A stretch of 64,000 bases of DNA from an uncultured beta proteobacterium (lineage in GTDB: Bacteria > Pseudomonadota > Gammaproteobacteria > Burkholderiales > Casimicrobiaceae): the NCBI GenBank assembly GCA_963843595.1, contig CAWJLG010000008.1:115434-179433 (forward strand), read 5' to 3'. The translations under genes and the position numbers were made by a program. The notes beneath the pieces are model-generated. The model had not been told where the DNA came from and ran no database searches. It saw only the letters and a list, made by a program, of their open reading frames with translations. Positions 45,704 to 54,967 of this stretch are shown here, in pieces (within the stretch, counting starts at the first letter, position 1; every line of letters begins with the position of its first letter).

Positions 45704-45752
45704 TGCGCCGCGCCGACGGCCGCGCGCGAGGGCGCGAAAAGGCGCCCGGCGG

Positions 45753-46850
45753 CTACGGCTTTTGCACGTAGTCGCCGAGGTTGACCGGATCCGTCGTGTT
45801 CAGGACGATGCCGTAGGAGACCCAGTCGAAGACACGAAACACGAACAGCAGGCCGACGCGCTCGTCTGGAAGCCTGATCAGGCGCTCGGGCTGATAGACC
45901 TTGGTCTGCTCGAGCAGTTGCGCGATCCGGTCGGGCTCCTTTGACGGCCGTGGATCGTTGATCGCCGACCCGCCGCGGTACACCGCGAGGACGGTCCCGA
46001 TGTCCATGCCGTCCTCGGCCCCCTTGTCGATGGTCACGATCCACCCGCGGCCGACCTCGGCCGAGTCGCGGCCCAGCGCGATGATCCGGCCATTGACGTC
46101 CTTCACGGGCGCGTGCGGCGCGTAGTTGATCAACTGCTCGCGCGGTGCGGGTACCAGCCTGTCGCCGAGCAGGATCTCCTCGCTCGCCGATGCGATTCGC
46201 ACCGTCGAAACGTCCGCGAAGCGCTCGACCTTGGCCGTGCCGAGGAAGCGCTGCTCCTCGCCGAGGAAAGTATCGGCGTCGAGCGGCCTGAACGTGCGGC
46301 CCTTGCGGTAGATGTACCAGAGGTCCCCGGCCTTGGGGTCGAGCCCGGCGACGTAGACGATGTCGTTGCGCCCGCGCACGACGCGCTGATCCTTTCCCGC
46401 GACGATCTCGGGGGCATCGGCGAGGCCGTCCGGCCCTGTGACGAGCGGTCGTGTCAGATAGGGCTCGATATCGCCCGGGGGCACGCTGGGAATGGCTTCG
46501 GCGTCGAGCGGCGACGCGCGCACCGACGGCGACAACCGGACGGCCGAGTTGTCGACGCGCAATCGCCACTGTCCGTCGGACTTGTCGAGGACGATGACGT
46601 CGCCCGGATAGATCCGGTGCGGATTCCGGATCTCGTCCCGATTCAGGCGCCAGATGTCGGGCCATCGCCACGGGTCCTTGAGGAATTTGCCGGCGATTCC
46701 CCACAGGGTGTCGCCCTTCTGTACCGTGTAACGGTCGGGGACCTGGTCGTTGATCCGGACGTCGTCCGCACGCGCGGGAGCGACGGCAAGAACGATCAAC
46801 GCGGCGGCGGCCACGGCGATGCGCAGGGGTATGCTAAACTTCTGACGCAT
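45753..46850 (-). CDS. LysM peptidoglycan-binding domain protein (secreted)
   Basis: Signal peptide (IAVAAAALIVLAVAPARA), then LysM YTVQKGDTLWGIAGKFL..PGDVIVL. Confidence 0.88.
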   Translation of the reverse strand: MRQKFSIPLRIAVAAAALIVLAVAPARADDVRINDQVPDRYTVQKGDTLWGIAGKFLKDPWRWPDIWRLNRDEIRNPHRIYPGDVIVLDKSDGQWRLRVDNSAVRLSPSVRASPLDAEAIPSVPPGDIEPYLTRPLVTGPDGLADAPEIVAGKDQRVVRGRNDIVYVAGLDPKAGDLWYIYRKGRTFRPLDADTFLGEEQRFLGTAKVERFADVSTVRIASASEEILLGDRLVPAPREQLINYAPHAPVKDVNGRIIALGRDSAEVGRGWIVTIDKGAEDGMDIGTVLAVYRGGSAINDPRPSKEPDRIAQLLEQTKVYQPERLIRLPDERVGLLFVFRVFDWVSYGIVLNTTDPVNLGDYVQKP

Positions 46851-47017
46851 AAAGCCTCTTCCGGTAGGGGCGGGGTTGCTAACGTCCTAAACCGCCGCAA
46901 AATAAGGGCTTAGGGCGGATTCTGCATCCCGAGTCTGCATTTTGCAAGCTCGGACGCTCGAAAACCATTCTCGGGCACCTTTGCCCCGGACGGAATCCAA
47001 CGCACGGCCGAATTGTC

Positions 47018-47521
47018 ATGGCGCTTCTGACGATCCTCGAGTATCCGGACCCGCGATTGCGCAAGGTCGCCGCGCCGGTGGCCGCCGTGACCCCGGAAAT
47101 CCGCAAGCTCGTCCGTGACATGGCCGAAACCATGTACGCGGCGCCGGGCGTCGGGCTCGCCGCCACCCAGGTCGACGTGCACAAGCGTGTGATCGTCATG
47201 GACCTGTCGGAGGCTCGCGACGAGTTGCGCGTCTACATCAACCCCGAAATCCTGTCGGCCGAGGGCGAAGCGGAGTGCGAGGAAGGCTGCCTGTCGGTCC
47301 CCGGCTACTACGACAACGTCACCCGTGCGGCCAAGGTGCGCGTGCGGGCGCTGGACGAGAGCGGAACACCGTTCGAATTCGACGCCGAAGGCATGCTTGC
47401 CGTCTGCATCCAGCACGAAATCGATCACCTCGCAGGGAAGGTATTCGTCGACCACCTCTCGCCGCTGAAGCGGGCACGCCTCTCGGCGCGGGCCCGCAAG
47501 AAGCAACGGCTTGCCGGCTGA
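47018..47521 (+). CDS. def: peptide deformylase
   Basis: [17 protein letters not shown] and HEIDHL motifs. Confidence 0.97.
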   Translation: MALLTILEYPDPRLRKVAAPVAAVTPEIRKLVRDMAETMYAAPGVGLAATQVDVHKRVIVMDLSEARDELRVYINPEILSAEGEAECEEGCLSVPGYYDNVTRAAKVRVRALDESGTPFEFDAEGMLAVCIQHEIDHLAGKVFVDHLSPLKRARLSARARKKQRLAG

Positions 47522-47537
47522 GCCGGCTGCGCCGGTA

Positions 47538-48497
47538 ATGCTCCGGATCGGTTTTGCCGGCACGCCGGCCTTTGCGGCGACGGCGCTCACCGCCATTCTC
47601 GACGCCGGGTACCCGGTTCGGATGGTCCTGACCCAGCCGGAGAGGCCTCAGGGGCGGGGCCTCAAGGTCCTGCCCTCCCCGGTGAAGGCGCTGGCGGAGG
47701 ACCGTGGGCTTCCCGTCCGGCAACCGGCGACGCTGAAGACCGACGAGGCCCGCGCGCCGGTCATCGGAATCGCGCTCGACGTGCTGGTGGTCGCCGCGTA
47801 CGGGTTGATCCTGCCTCCGGCAATACTCGCGTGGCCACGGTACGGCTGCCTCAACATCCATGCCTCCCTGCTTCCGCGCTGGCGGGGCGCCGCGCCCATC
47901 CAGCGCGCCCTACTCGCCGGAGACCGTGAGACCGGAATCACGATCATGCAGATGGACGCCGGCCTCGATACCGGGCCCATGGTCGACGCGGTGCGCGTGG
48001 CGATTTCCCCGCGGGACACGACCGGGACGCTGCAGTCGCGTCTTGCCACCGTCGGCGGCGAGGCGATCGTGGCGACGCTGGCGCGTCTGGCGAGCGCCGG
48101 GAGCCTCGCGGCGACCCCGCAGCCGGTCGCAGGCAGCACGTACGCTCCGAAAGTGCGCCGTGACGAGGCAGCGATCGACTGGACGTCGTCGGCAACCGAG
48201 CTCGATCGCCGGATACGGGCCTTCGATCCCGCGCCCGGCGCGTTTACCGCGCTGGACGGCGACCTGGTGAAAGTCTGGCGCGCGGAGCCGGGGGCCGAAC
48301 ATCAGGCGTCCGTCGTTCCGGGGACGGTGCTTGGCACCGACTCGACGGCGATCGTGGTCGCCTGCGGTGCCGGAGCGCTCAGGATCCTCGAGTTGCAGCC
48401 GGCGGGGGGCAAGCGGCTGCCTGCGGCCGCCTATGCGGCAGGTCGCCGCCTCGCCCGCGGCCGCCGATTCGAAACCCCAAGGCATGAGCGGTCATGA
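47538..48497 (+). CDS. fmt: methionyl-tRNA formyltransferase
   Basis: ATG at 47538 (the track start is TTG at 47511). MLRIGFAGTPAFA..NIHASLLPRWRGAAPIQRAL. Confidence 0.95.
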   Translation: MLRIGFAGTPAFAATALTAILDAGYPVRMVLTQPERPQGRGLKVLPSPVKALAEDRGLPVRQPATLKTDEARAPVIGIALDVLVVAAYGLILPPAILAWPRYGCLNIHASLLPRWRGAAPIQRALLAGDRETGITIMQMDAGLDTGPMVDAVRVAISPRDTTGTLQSRLATVGGEAIVATLARLASAGSLAATPQPVAGSTYAPKVRRDEAAIDWTSSATELDRRIRAFDPAPGAFTALDGDLVKVWRAEPGAEHQASVVPGTVLGTDSTAIVVACGAGALRILELQPAGGKRLPAAAYAAGRRLARGRRFETPRHERS

Positions 48498-48619
48498 GGG
48501 GCGACGACGCAGTCGCGCCGCAACGACCGGTTGAATCCTCGCGCGGCGGCGGCATCTAATGCACGCCGGCAATTCCGCCGGTACCAAGGAACACGGATCG
48601 GCAAGACGCGGGCGGGACG

Positions 48620-49462
48620 ATGATCGGCAACTGGATGAAGACCGGAATGTTGATGGCGGGCATCGTGGCGCTGTTCGGCGTCGTGGGTGCGTTGCTGGGC
48701 GGTGGCCAGGGCATGATGCTTGCGCTGGCGATGGGCGCTGCGATGAATCTCTGGGCCTACTGGTTTTCGGACCGGATGGTGCTCTCGCTGTACCGGGCGC
48801 AGGAAGTTGACGCCACGTCCGCGCCGCAGCTTTTCGCGCTGGTCCGCGAACTTGCCGGGCGTGCCGGCCTGCCGATGCCGAAGGTCTATCTGATCGACGA
48901 AGCGCAGCCCAACGCCTTTGCTACCGGGCGCAACCCCGAACATGCCGCGGTGGCGGCGACGAAAGGCATATTGCAGCTGCTGACGGCACGCGAACTGCGG
49001 GGCGTGCTCGCGCACGAGCTCGCCCATGTTCGGCACCGCGACATCCTGACCTCGACGATCACGGCGTCGATCGCCGGCGCGATCTCGGCGCTGGCGAATT
49101 TCGGGCTGTTCTTCGGGGGACGCGATGGCGAAGAACGCAATCCGCTGGTCGCCCTGCTGGCGATGATCGTCGCGCCGATCGTCGCGATGCTGATCCAGTT
49201 TGCGATCTCCCGCGCGCGCGAGTTCGACGCCGATCGCGGCGGGGCGGAGATCTGCGGCGATCCCCGCGCGCTCGCCGACGCGCTGGCCAAGATCGAGCAT
49301 TACGCGAAGGGCCTTACCCTGGAGACTGCCGAGGCGCACCCGGCCACCGCGCAGATGATGATCGTCAACCCGCTGACCGGTGGCGGCATTGCAGGACTGT
49401 TCAGCACGCACCCGTCCACCGAGGAGCGTGTGCGTCGGCTCCTCGCGATGGCCGGCCGGTAA
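48620..49462 (+). CDS. htpX: zinc metalloprotease HtpX homolog (M48B)
   Basis: [23 protein letters not shown] (HExxH). Multi-TM. Confidence 0.94.
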   Translation: MIGNWMKTGMLMAGIVALFGVVGALLGGGQGMMLALAMGAAMNLWAYWFSDRMVLSLYRAQEVDATSAPQLFALVRELAGRAGLPMPKVYLIDEAQPNAFATGRNPEHAAVAATKGILQLLTARELRGVLAHELAHVRHRDILTSTITASIAGAISALANFGLFFGGRDGEERNPLVALLAMIVAPIVAMLIQFAISRAREFDADRGGAEICGDPRALADALAKIEHYAKGLTLETAEAHPATAQMMIVNPLTGGGIAGLFSTHPSTEERVRRLLAMAGR

Positions 49463-49480
49463 CGGATCGCGGGCACAGCG

Positions 49481-50785
49481 TTGCAGCAAGCGCAGCGGCT
49501 TGCCGCTCTGGCGGTCCGGCGCGTACTGGAGGGTGCGACGCTACCCGCGGCGCTGGCGAGCGTGGCTCCTGCCGAGGGCGACGAGGCCGGCCGGCGCCGC
49601 GCCCTCGTCCAGGAACTCGCGTACGGCACGGTGCGGCACTGGGGCACCCTCAACGCATTGGTCATGCGGCTTGCGGCCAAGCCGTTCAGCGACCCGGGGT
49701 TGCCCTTTCTCGTGGCGGTCGCCCTTTACCAGATCGAGCACACGCGGGCGCCCGCATTCGCCATCGTCGACCACGCGGTCAGCGTCGCGGCCCAGATTGC
49801 CCGCCCGGCCGCCAAGTCGATCGTCAACGCCCTGCTTCGCCGATATCTGCGCGAACGCGTCGCGCTCGGCGAGGCAGTCCGCGCCGATCCGGTGGCGCGC
49901 TATTCCTTCCCTGCCTGGTGGGTACGTCGCCTCCAACGCGAGTACCCGCAGGCTTGGGCGGCGATCCTTTCCGCCGGCAACGAGCGTCCCCCGCTCGCAC
50001 TGCGCGTCAACCGGCGCCGCGCCACACGCGAGAGCCTGCTCGCCTCGTTCGCCGCGGGCGGCATTGCGGCCTCGGCTGCCGGAGAAGCGGGCGTTATCGT
50101 CGACGTCCCGCGTCCGGTTCCGCAGCTGCCGGGCTATGCCGACGGCGCCTTTTCAGTGCAGGACCTGGGCGCCCAGCTCGCCGCGCCCCTGCTCGACGTG
50201 AAGGATGGCATGCGTGTGCTCGACGCCTGCGCGGCGCCCGGCGGAAAGACCACTCACCTGCGCGAGCTCGCCGACATCGATCTCGTCGCGTTGGACGTGG
50301 ACGAGAGTCGGCTCGCGCGCGTGCGCGAGAATCTTGCGCGTCTGCGGCTCGACGGTCCGGGTCTCCGCGTCGTCGCGGGCGACGCTGCGGAACCTGCAAC
50401 GTGGTGGGACGGGCGCGCATTCGACCGGATTCTCGCCGATGTTCCGTGCACGGCGTCGGGCGTCGTGCGCCGGCACCCGGATGCCAAGTGGTTGCGGCGT
50501 GAGGCCGACATCGACGGGTTCGCGCGCCAGCAGGAACGCTTGCTCGCGGCGCTTTGGGGGTGTCTTGCCCCCGGGGGCAGGCTCCTCTACGCGACCTGCT
50601 CGGTATTTCGCGACGAGAATGACGTCCAGATCGACCGCTTCCTCGAGTCACGCGGCGACGCGTTGCGCGAAACCCTCACCTTTCCGGCGCAGGTGGCCCG
50701 GGAGGGTGGCCAACTCTTGCCTTCGCTGCCCGGCGCGAGCCACAATCAGGACGGGTTTTTCTACGCCCTGCTCCGCAAGGCTTGA
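49481..50785 (+). CDS. rsmB: 16S rRNA (cytosine967-C5)-methyltransferase RsmB (Sun)
   Basis: NusB-like N-terminal domain, DACAAPGGKT, DVPCTASGVVRRHPD and TCSVFRDEN. TTG start at 49481; the start is uncertain. Confidence 0.92.
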   Translation: MQQAQRLAALAVRRVLEGATLPAALASVAPAEGDEAGRRRALVQELAYGTVRHWGTLNALVMRLAAKPFSDPGLPFLVAVALYQIEHTRAPAFAIVDHAVSVAAQIARPAAKSIVNALLRRYLRERVALGEAVRADPVARYSFPAWWVRRLQREYPQAWAAILSAGNERPPLALRVNRRRATRESLLASFAAGGIAASAAGEAGVIVDVPRPVPQLPGYADGAFSVQDLGAQLAAPLLDVKDGMRVLDACAAPGGKTTHLRELADIDLVALDVDESRLARVRENLARLRLDGPGLRVVAGDAAEPATWWDGRAFDRILADVPCTASGVVRRHPDAKWLRREADIDGFARQQERLLAALWGCLAPGGRLLYATCSVFRDENDVQIDRFLESRGDALRETLTFPAQVAREGGQLLPSLPGASHNQDGFFYALLRKA

Positions 50786-50866
50786 CGGGAATGCGCGCCG
50801 CGCGGACCCGGCCTGCCCCTTCGTCGGCGGCGCCTGCGCCCCGCGCCCATCGCCCCGCCCGTCGGC

Positions 50867-51478
50867 ATGCCCTCTGCGTCTCCCTTCGCCGCTCGTACCC
50901 GAAACGTCCGCCCGTGGCGCGCGCGCGTGGGGGCCGTCGCACTTGCGCTGCTCGTCGCGCTCGCCTGGCTGCTCGCGCCGCTGGTCGCGCGGGCAGACGC
51001 CATCCTCGTCAAGGCGGCCGAGCTGCGCGCGGAGGAGGACACGTGGGACTTGAGCGCCGAATTCGAACTCGCGATCAATCCGACGCTCGACGAGGCCCTG
51101 CAGAAGGGTATCCCGCTCTACTTCCTGCTCGAGTTCGAGGTCGTCCGGCCGCGCTGGTACTGGCTCGACGAAAAGGTGTTGTCGCACACCACGCAGTATC
51201 GAGTCTCCTATAACGCGCTGACACGCCAGTACCGCGTCGCGAGCGGCCTTCTCGCGCAGACGCCGTACTCGCTCGAGGAAGTCGAGCGCCTCCTGTCGCG
51301 CGTGACCTCGCGGCCCGTCGCCGGGCGGGAGCAGTTCGCCAAGGGCGTCCGCTACGAGGCCGCGGTCCGGTTGAGGCTGGACGTCAACCAGTTGCCGAAG
51401 CCGTTCCAGGTGAACGCGCTTGCGGCACGCGAATGGACGCTCAGCTCCGACTGGTACCGCTGGAGCTTCACGCCGTGA
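50867..51478 (+). CDS. DUF4390-domain protein
   Basis: Signal/TM segment followed by ..GIPLYFLLEFEVVRPRWYWLDEKV..YRVSYNALTRQYRV. The position between rsmB and ntrY is typical. Confidence 0.8.
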   Translation: MPSASPFAARTRNVRPWRARVGAVALALLVALAWLLAPLVARADAILVKAAELRAEEDTWDLSAEFELAINPTLDEALQKGIPLYFLLEFEVVRPRWYWLDEKVLSHTTQYRVSYNALTRQYRVASGLLAQTPYSLEEVERLLSRVTSRPVAGREQFAKGVRYEAAVRLRLDVNQLPKPFQVNALAAREWTLSSDWYRWSFTP

Positions 51479-53628
51479 ACCGCGTGCTGTCGTCGCGCGG
51501 CCTGCGCTGGCTCTTGCTGGCGTTCGTCTGCCTGTCGGCGATCCTGCTCTTTCTGCTGGCGACCGCCTCCGCGAACACCGAACTGTTCGCCGGTCGCTAC
51601 GATCTGCTGCTTGTCCTCAACGGGACGATGGTGGTGCTGCTGATGCTGATCGTCGGCGTGCAGCTGTGGCATCTGCGACGCAACCTGAGGCGCGGCGCGT
51701 TCGGTTCGCGCCTCGCCGTTCGCCTGGTGTTCATGTTCGCGCTCGTCGCGGTATTGCCGGGGGCCCTTGTATACGCGGTTTCGGTGCAGTTCCTGGGACG
51801 AAGCATCGAGAGCTGGTTCGACGTGCGCGTGGACCGCGCGCTCGAAGGCGGCCTCAACCTCGGCCGCAACGCCCTCGATTACCTGCTGAAGGAGGCCGCG
51901 AACAAGGCGGGGCAGATCGCACTCACGATGTCCGATCCGGGGCCGGGAGCGCCGGCGGCGCGTCTGAATCGCGCCGCGGAGCAGGCCGGTGTGTCCGAGG
52001 CGGCGCTGTATTCGTCCACCGGGACCCTGCTTGCCGTCGCCGGTATCGGGGGTTCGACCGCCACGCCCGAACCTCCGCCGCCCCAGGCGCTGCGCCGTGC
52101 ACGACTCCAGCAGACGTTTTCCGCGATCGAGCAGGCGCCCGAGGGCGGGCTCGTGCTGCGCGTCCTCGTTCCGGTCAACAGCGATGACGCGCTCGAGCCG
52201 CTCAGGGTGCTGCAGGTTGTCGAGCCGGTGCCCAAGGGCCTCGCCGAGGAGATCGAAAAGGTCCAGGCGGGTTCGCGTGACTACCAGGAGATCTCCTTTT
52301 CCCGGCAGGCGCTGCGGCGGCTGTACGCGCTGACGCTGACGTTGACGCTGCTGCTCGCCCTGACCTCGGCGCTCGGACTCGCAGTCGTTCTTTCGGAACG
52401 CTTTTCCGCGCCGCTCGGTCTTCTCGCCGAGGGCACGCGGGCGGTGGCGCAGGGGGATTTCACCCGGCGGCAACCGGTCACTTCGCGCGACGAGTTGGGG
52501 GTGCTCACCGAATCATTCAACACGATGACGGCGCAACTCGCCGAGGCTCAGCAGAAGACCGAGGAGAGCCGGCGCGCCATCGAGACGACCAGCGCGTACC
52601 TCGAGAGCATTCTCGGCAACCTGTCGGCCGGCGTGCTTGCCTTCGACGACCGCTACCGGCTGCGTACGGCCAACGCGAGCGCGGCGGTCATCCTGCAGCA
52701 GCCGCTGGCCGACCTGACGGGAACAGCGCTGGCCGACTGGGGACGCAAACTGCCCGCGCTGGCGTCGTTCGCAGGACTGGTGGCGGAGAGCTTCCGCACG
52801 AGCCGCGACGGCCAATGGCAGAAGCAGGCCGAGCTCGCCGTCGCGACGCTCACGCGCGCCCTGCTCTTGCGCGGGTCGAGGCTGCCGGGGACGCCGGTCG
52901 CCGGGTATGTCGTGGTGTTCGACGACGTCACCGACCTTGCGCACGCGCAACGCGACGCAGCCTGGGCGGAAGTCGCGCGCCGCCTCGCGCACGAGATCAA
53001 GAATCCGCTGACGCCGATCCAGCTCTCCGCGGAACGGCTGGAAATGAAGCTCGGTTCGAAGCTCGACGGCTCGGACCTCGAGGCACTCAAGCGCGGCACG
53101 CACACGATCATCGGTCAGGTTGCCGCGATGAAGCAGATGGTCGACGATTTCGCGATCTATGCGCGACAGCCGCGTCCGGGGACGATGAAGCCCGTCGACG
53201 TGCCGGACCTCTTGCTCGACGTGCTCGCGTTGTACGACAATCTTCGGCCGCATGTCGCGTTGTCCCTTCCCGCCGAACCGCTCGTGATCCAGGGCGAACC
53301 CACCCGCCTGCGCCAGGTGTTCCACAATCTCATCCAGAATGCGATCGACGCGCAGGCCGACGTCGCCGAGCCCCGCTACGACATCGTGCTGGAGCGGCGC
53401 GGCGAGGAGGTGATCCTGTCGTTCGGGGACGCCGGCGCCGGATTTTCGGCCGACGTACTGCATCGCGCGTTCGAACCGTACGTCACGACGAAGGCGAAGG
53501 GCACCGGGCTCGGGCTCGCCATCGTCAAGAAGATCATCGAGGAACACCACGGTCGCGTCGAACTCGCCAATCGCGCTCCGCGCGGCGCGAGCGTGACGCT
53601 CGTGTTCCCGGCTTCGAATGCAGCGTAG
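51475..53628 (+). CDS. ntrY: NtrY-like sensor histidine kinase (TM-HAMP-PAS-HisKA-HATPase)
   Basis: HEIKNPLTPIQLSAERL H-box; N, G1 and G2 boxes (FHNLIQNAIDA, DAGAGF, GTGLGLAIVKKI). The GTG at 51475 overlaps the DUF4390 stop (GTGA); the track start 51433 is an alternative. Confidence 0.9.
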   Translation: MNRVLSSRGLRWLLLAFVCLSAILLFLLATASANTELFAGRYDLLLVLNGTMVVLLMLIVGVQLWHLRRNLRRGAFGSRLAVRLVFMFALVAVLPGALVYAVSVQFLGRSIESWFDVRVDRALEGGLNLGRNALDYLLKEAANKAGQIALTMSDPGPGAPAARLNRAAEQAGVSEAALYSSTGTLLAVAGIGGSTATPEPPPPQALRRARLQQTFSAIEQAPEGGLVLRVLVPVNSDDALEPLRVLQVVEPVPKGLAEEIEKVQAGSRDYQEISFSRQALRRLYALTLTLTLLLALTSALGLAVVLSERFSAPLGLLAEGTRAVAQGDFTRRQPVTSRDELGVLTESFNTMTAQLAEAQQKTEESRRAIETTSAYLESILGNLSAGVLAFDDRYRLRTANASAAVILQQPLADLTGTALADWGRKLPALASFAGLVAESFRTSRDGQWQKQAELAVATLTRALLLRGSRLPGTPVAGYVVVFDDVTDLAHAQRDAAWAEVARRLAHEIKNPLTPIQLSAERLEMKLGSKLDGSDLEALKRGTHTIIGQVAAMKQMVDDFAIYARQPRPGTMKPVDVPDLLLDVLALYDNLRPHVALSLPAEPLVIQGEPTRLRQVFHNLIQNAIDAQADVAEPRYDIVLERRGEEVILSFGDAGAGFSADVLHRAFEPYVTTKAKGTGLGLAIVKKIIEEHHGRVELANRAPRGASVTLVFPASNAA

Positions 53629-53638
53629 GATAGGCGCA

Positions 53639-54946
53639 ATGATGTCCACCAAGGAAATCCTGATCGTCGACGACGAAGTCGGCATCCGCGAGCTGCTTTC
53701 GGAAATCCTTCAGGATGAGGGGTACCGCGTCAGCCTTGCCGAGAATGCCACCGAGGCGCGCAGCTATCGCCAGAGGCAGCAGCCCGCGCTCGTGCTGCTC
53801 GACATCTGGATGCCCGACACCGACGGCGTCACGCTGCTGCGCGAATGGGCGGCGTCGGGACAGCTCACGATGCCCGTGGTCATGATGTCGGGTCACGGCA
53901 CGATCGAAACCGCCGTCGAGGCGACCAAGATCGGCGCGTTCGACTTCCTCGAAAAGCCGGTTGGGCTGCAGAAGCTCCTGGGGACGGTGTCGCGCGCGCT
54001 CAAGATCGCGATGACCAAGGAGCCGCGGCGGATTTCGCTGGCCGCCCTTGGTGCGAGCGCCGTCATCCGCGACGTCGAGCGAACCATCGAGCAGGTGCTG
54101 CTGGCCAAGAGACCGCTGCTCATCCTCGGCGAGCCGGGGACGGGCCACGACGCTGCGGCGCAGGCGCTGCGCGTGCCCGACGCGCCGTGGGTTGCATTGC
54201 CGACCGGTGCGCGTCTGGCTGCGAATCCTCTTGCGTTGCTCGAGGAGGCCCGTGACGGAACGCTCTACTTCGCGGAGATCGGGCTGTACTCGAAAGCCGA
54301 GCAGAAAGGACTGGGCTTCCTGTTGCCGAAGGCGGCCAAGGCCAACGTCACGCTGGTCTGCACCAGCGCCGAGCCATTGGGAAACCTCGCGGCGGAAGGC
54401 AAGTTCGACGCTGCGCTCCTGTCCGCGCTTTCCGCGGGCGCCGTGCTGCTGCCGCCGCTGCGGGTGCGGCGCGAGGACATCCCGGCGCTGATCGAACGGT
54501 TCTGGCGCGACATCGCGCTCCAGCAGCAGAACGCCCAGCAGGGCGTCGCGCGGCCGCTGGCCGCACTTCAGAGCGCGGCCATGACGACGCTGGCCAACGC
54601 TTACTGGCCCGGCAATCTCGACCACCTGCAGAATGTCATCGCGAACATCGTGCTCAATCCGGCGCAGGGCGACGTTACGCCCGATCACGTCAAGCGTCTG
54701 CTCGGGGAGGCCGCCGCGGCGCAGCACGCCGTGCCGCCGGAAATCACGGCCCGGTTCTTCGACCTCCCGCTGCGTGATGCGCGGGAAGCCTTCGAGCGCA
54801 TCTACTTCGAGCAGCTCCTGGGCCGTGAACAGAGCAACATGAGCCGCGTTGCGGAACGCGCCGGTCTCGAACGCACGCACCTCTACCGGAAGCTCAAGCA
54901 GCTCAACATCCGCTTCGCGCGCCGTGGCGAAGACAACGGCGCCTGA
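53639..54946 (+). CDS. ntrX: NtrX-like response regulator (REC, degenerate AAA+, Fis-type HTH)
   Basis: ILIVDDE..LLDIWMPDTDG receiver domain. The central domain lacks canonical Walker A/B motifs. C-terminal HTH MSRVAERAGLERTHLYRKLKQL. The ATG is preceded by AGGATAGG. Confidence 0.88.
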   Translation: MMSTKEILIVDDEVGIRELLSEILQDEGYRVSLAENATEARSYRQRQQPALVLLDIWMPDTDGVTLLREWAASGQLTMPVVMMSGHGTIETAVEATKIGAFDFLEKPVGLQKLLGTVSRALKIAMTKEPRRISLAALGASAVIRDVERTIEQVLLAKRPLLILGEPGTGHDAAAQALRVPDAPWVALPTGARLAANPLALLEEARDGTLYFAEIGLYSKAEQKGLGFLLPKAAKANVTLVCTSAEPLGNLAAEGKFDAALLSALSAGAVLLPPLRVRREDIPALIERFWRDIALQQQNAQQGVARPLAALQSAAMTTLANAYWPGNLDHLQNVIANIVLNPAQGDVTPDHVKRLLGEAAAAQHAVPPEITARFFDLPLRDAREAFERIYFEQLLGREQSNMSRVAERAGLERTHLYRKLKQLNIRFARRGEDNGA

Positions 54947-54967
54947 GCGCCGCGCGGGGGTCGTTGC

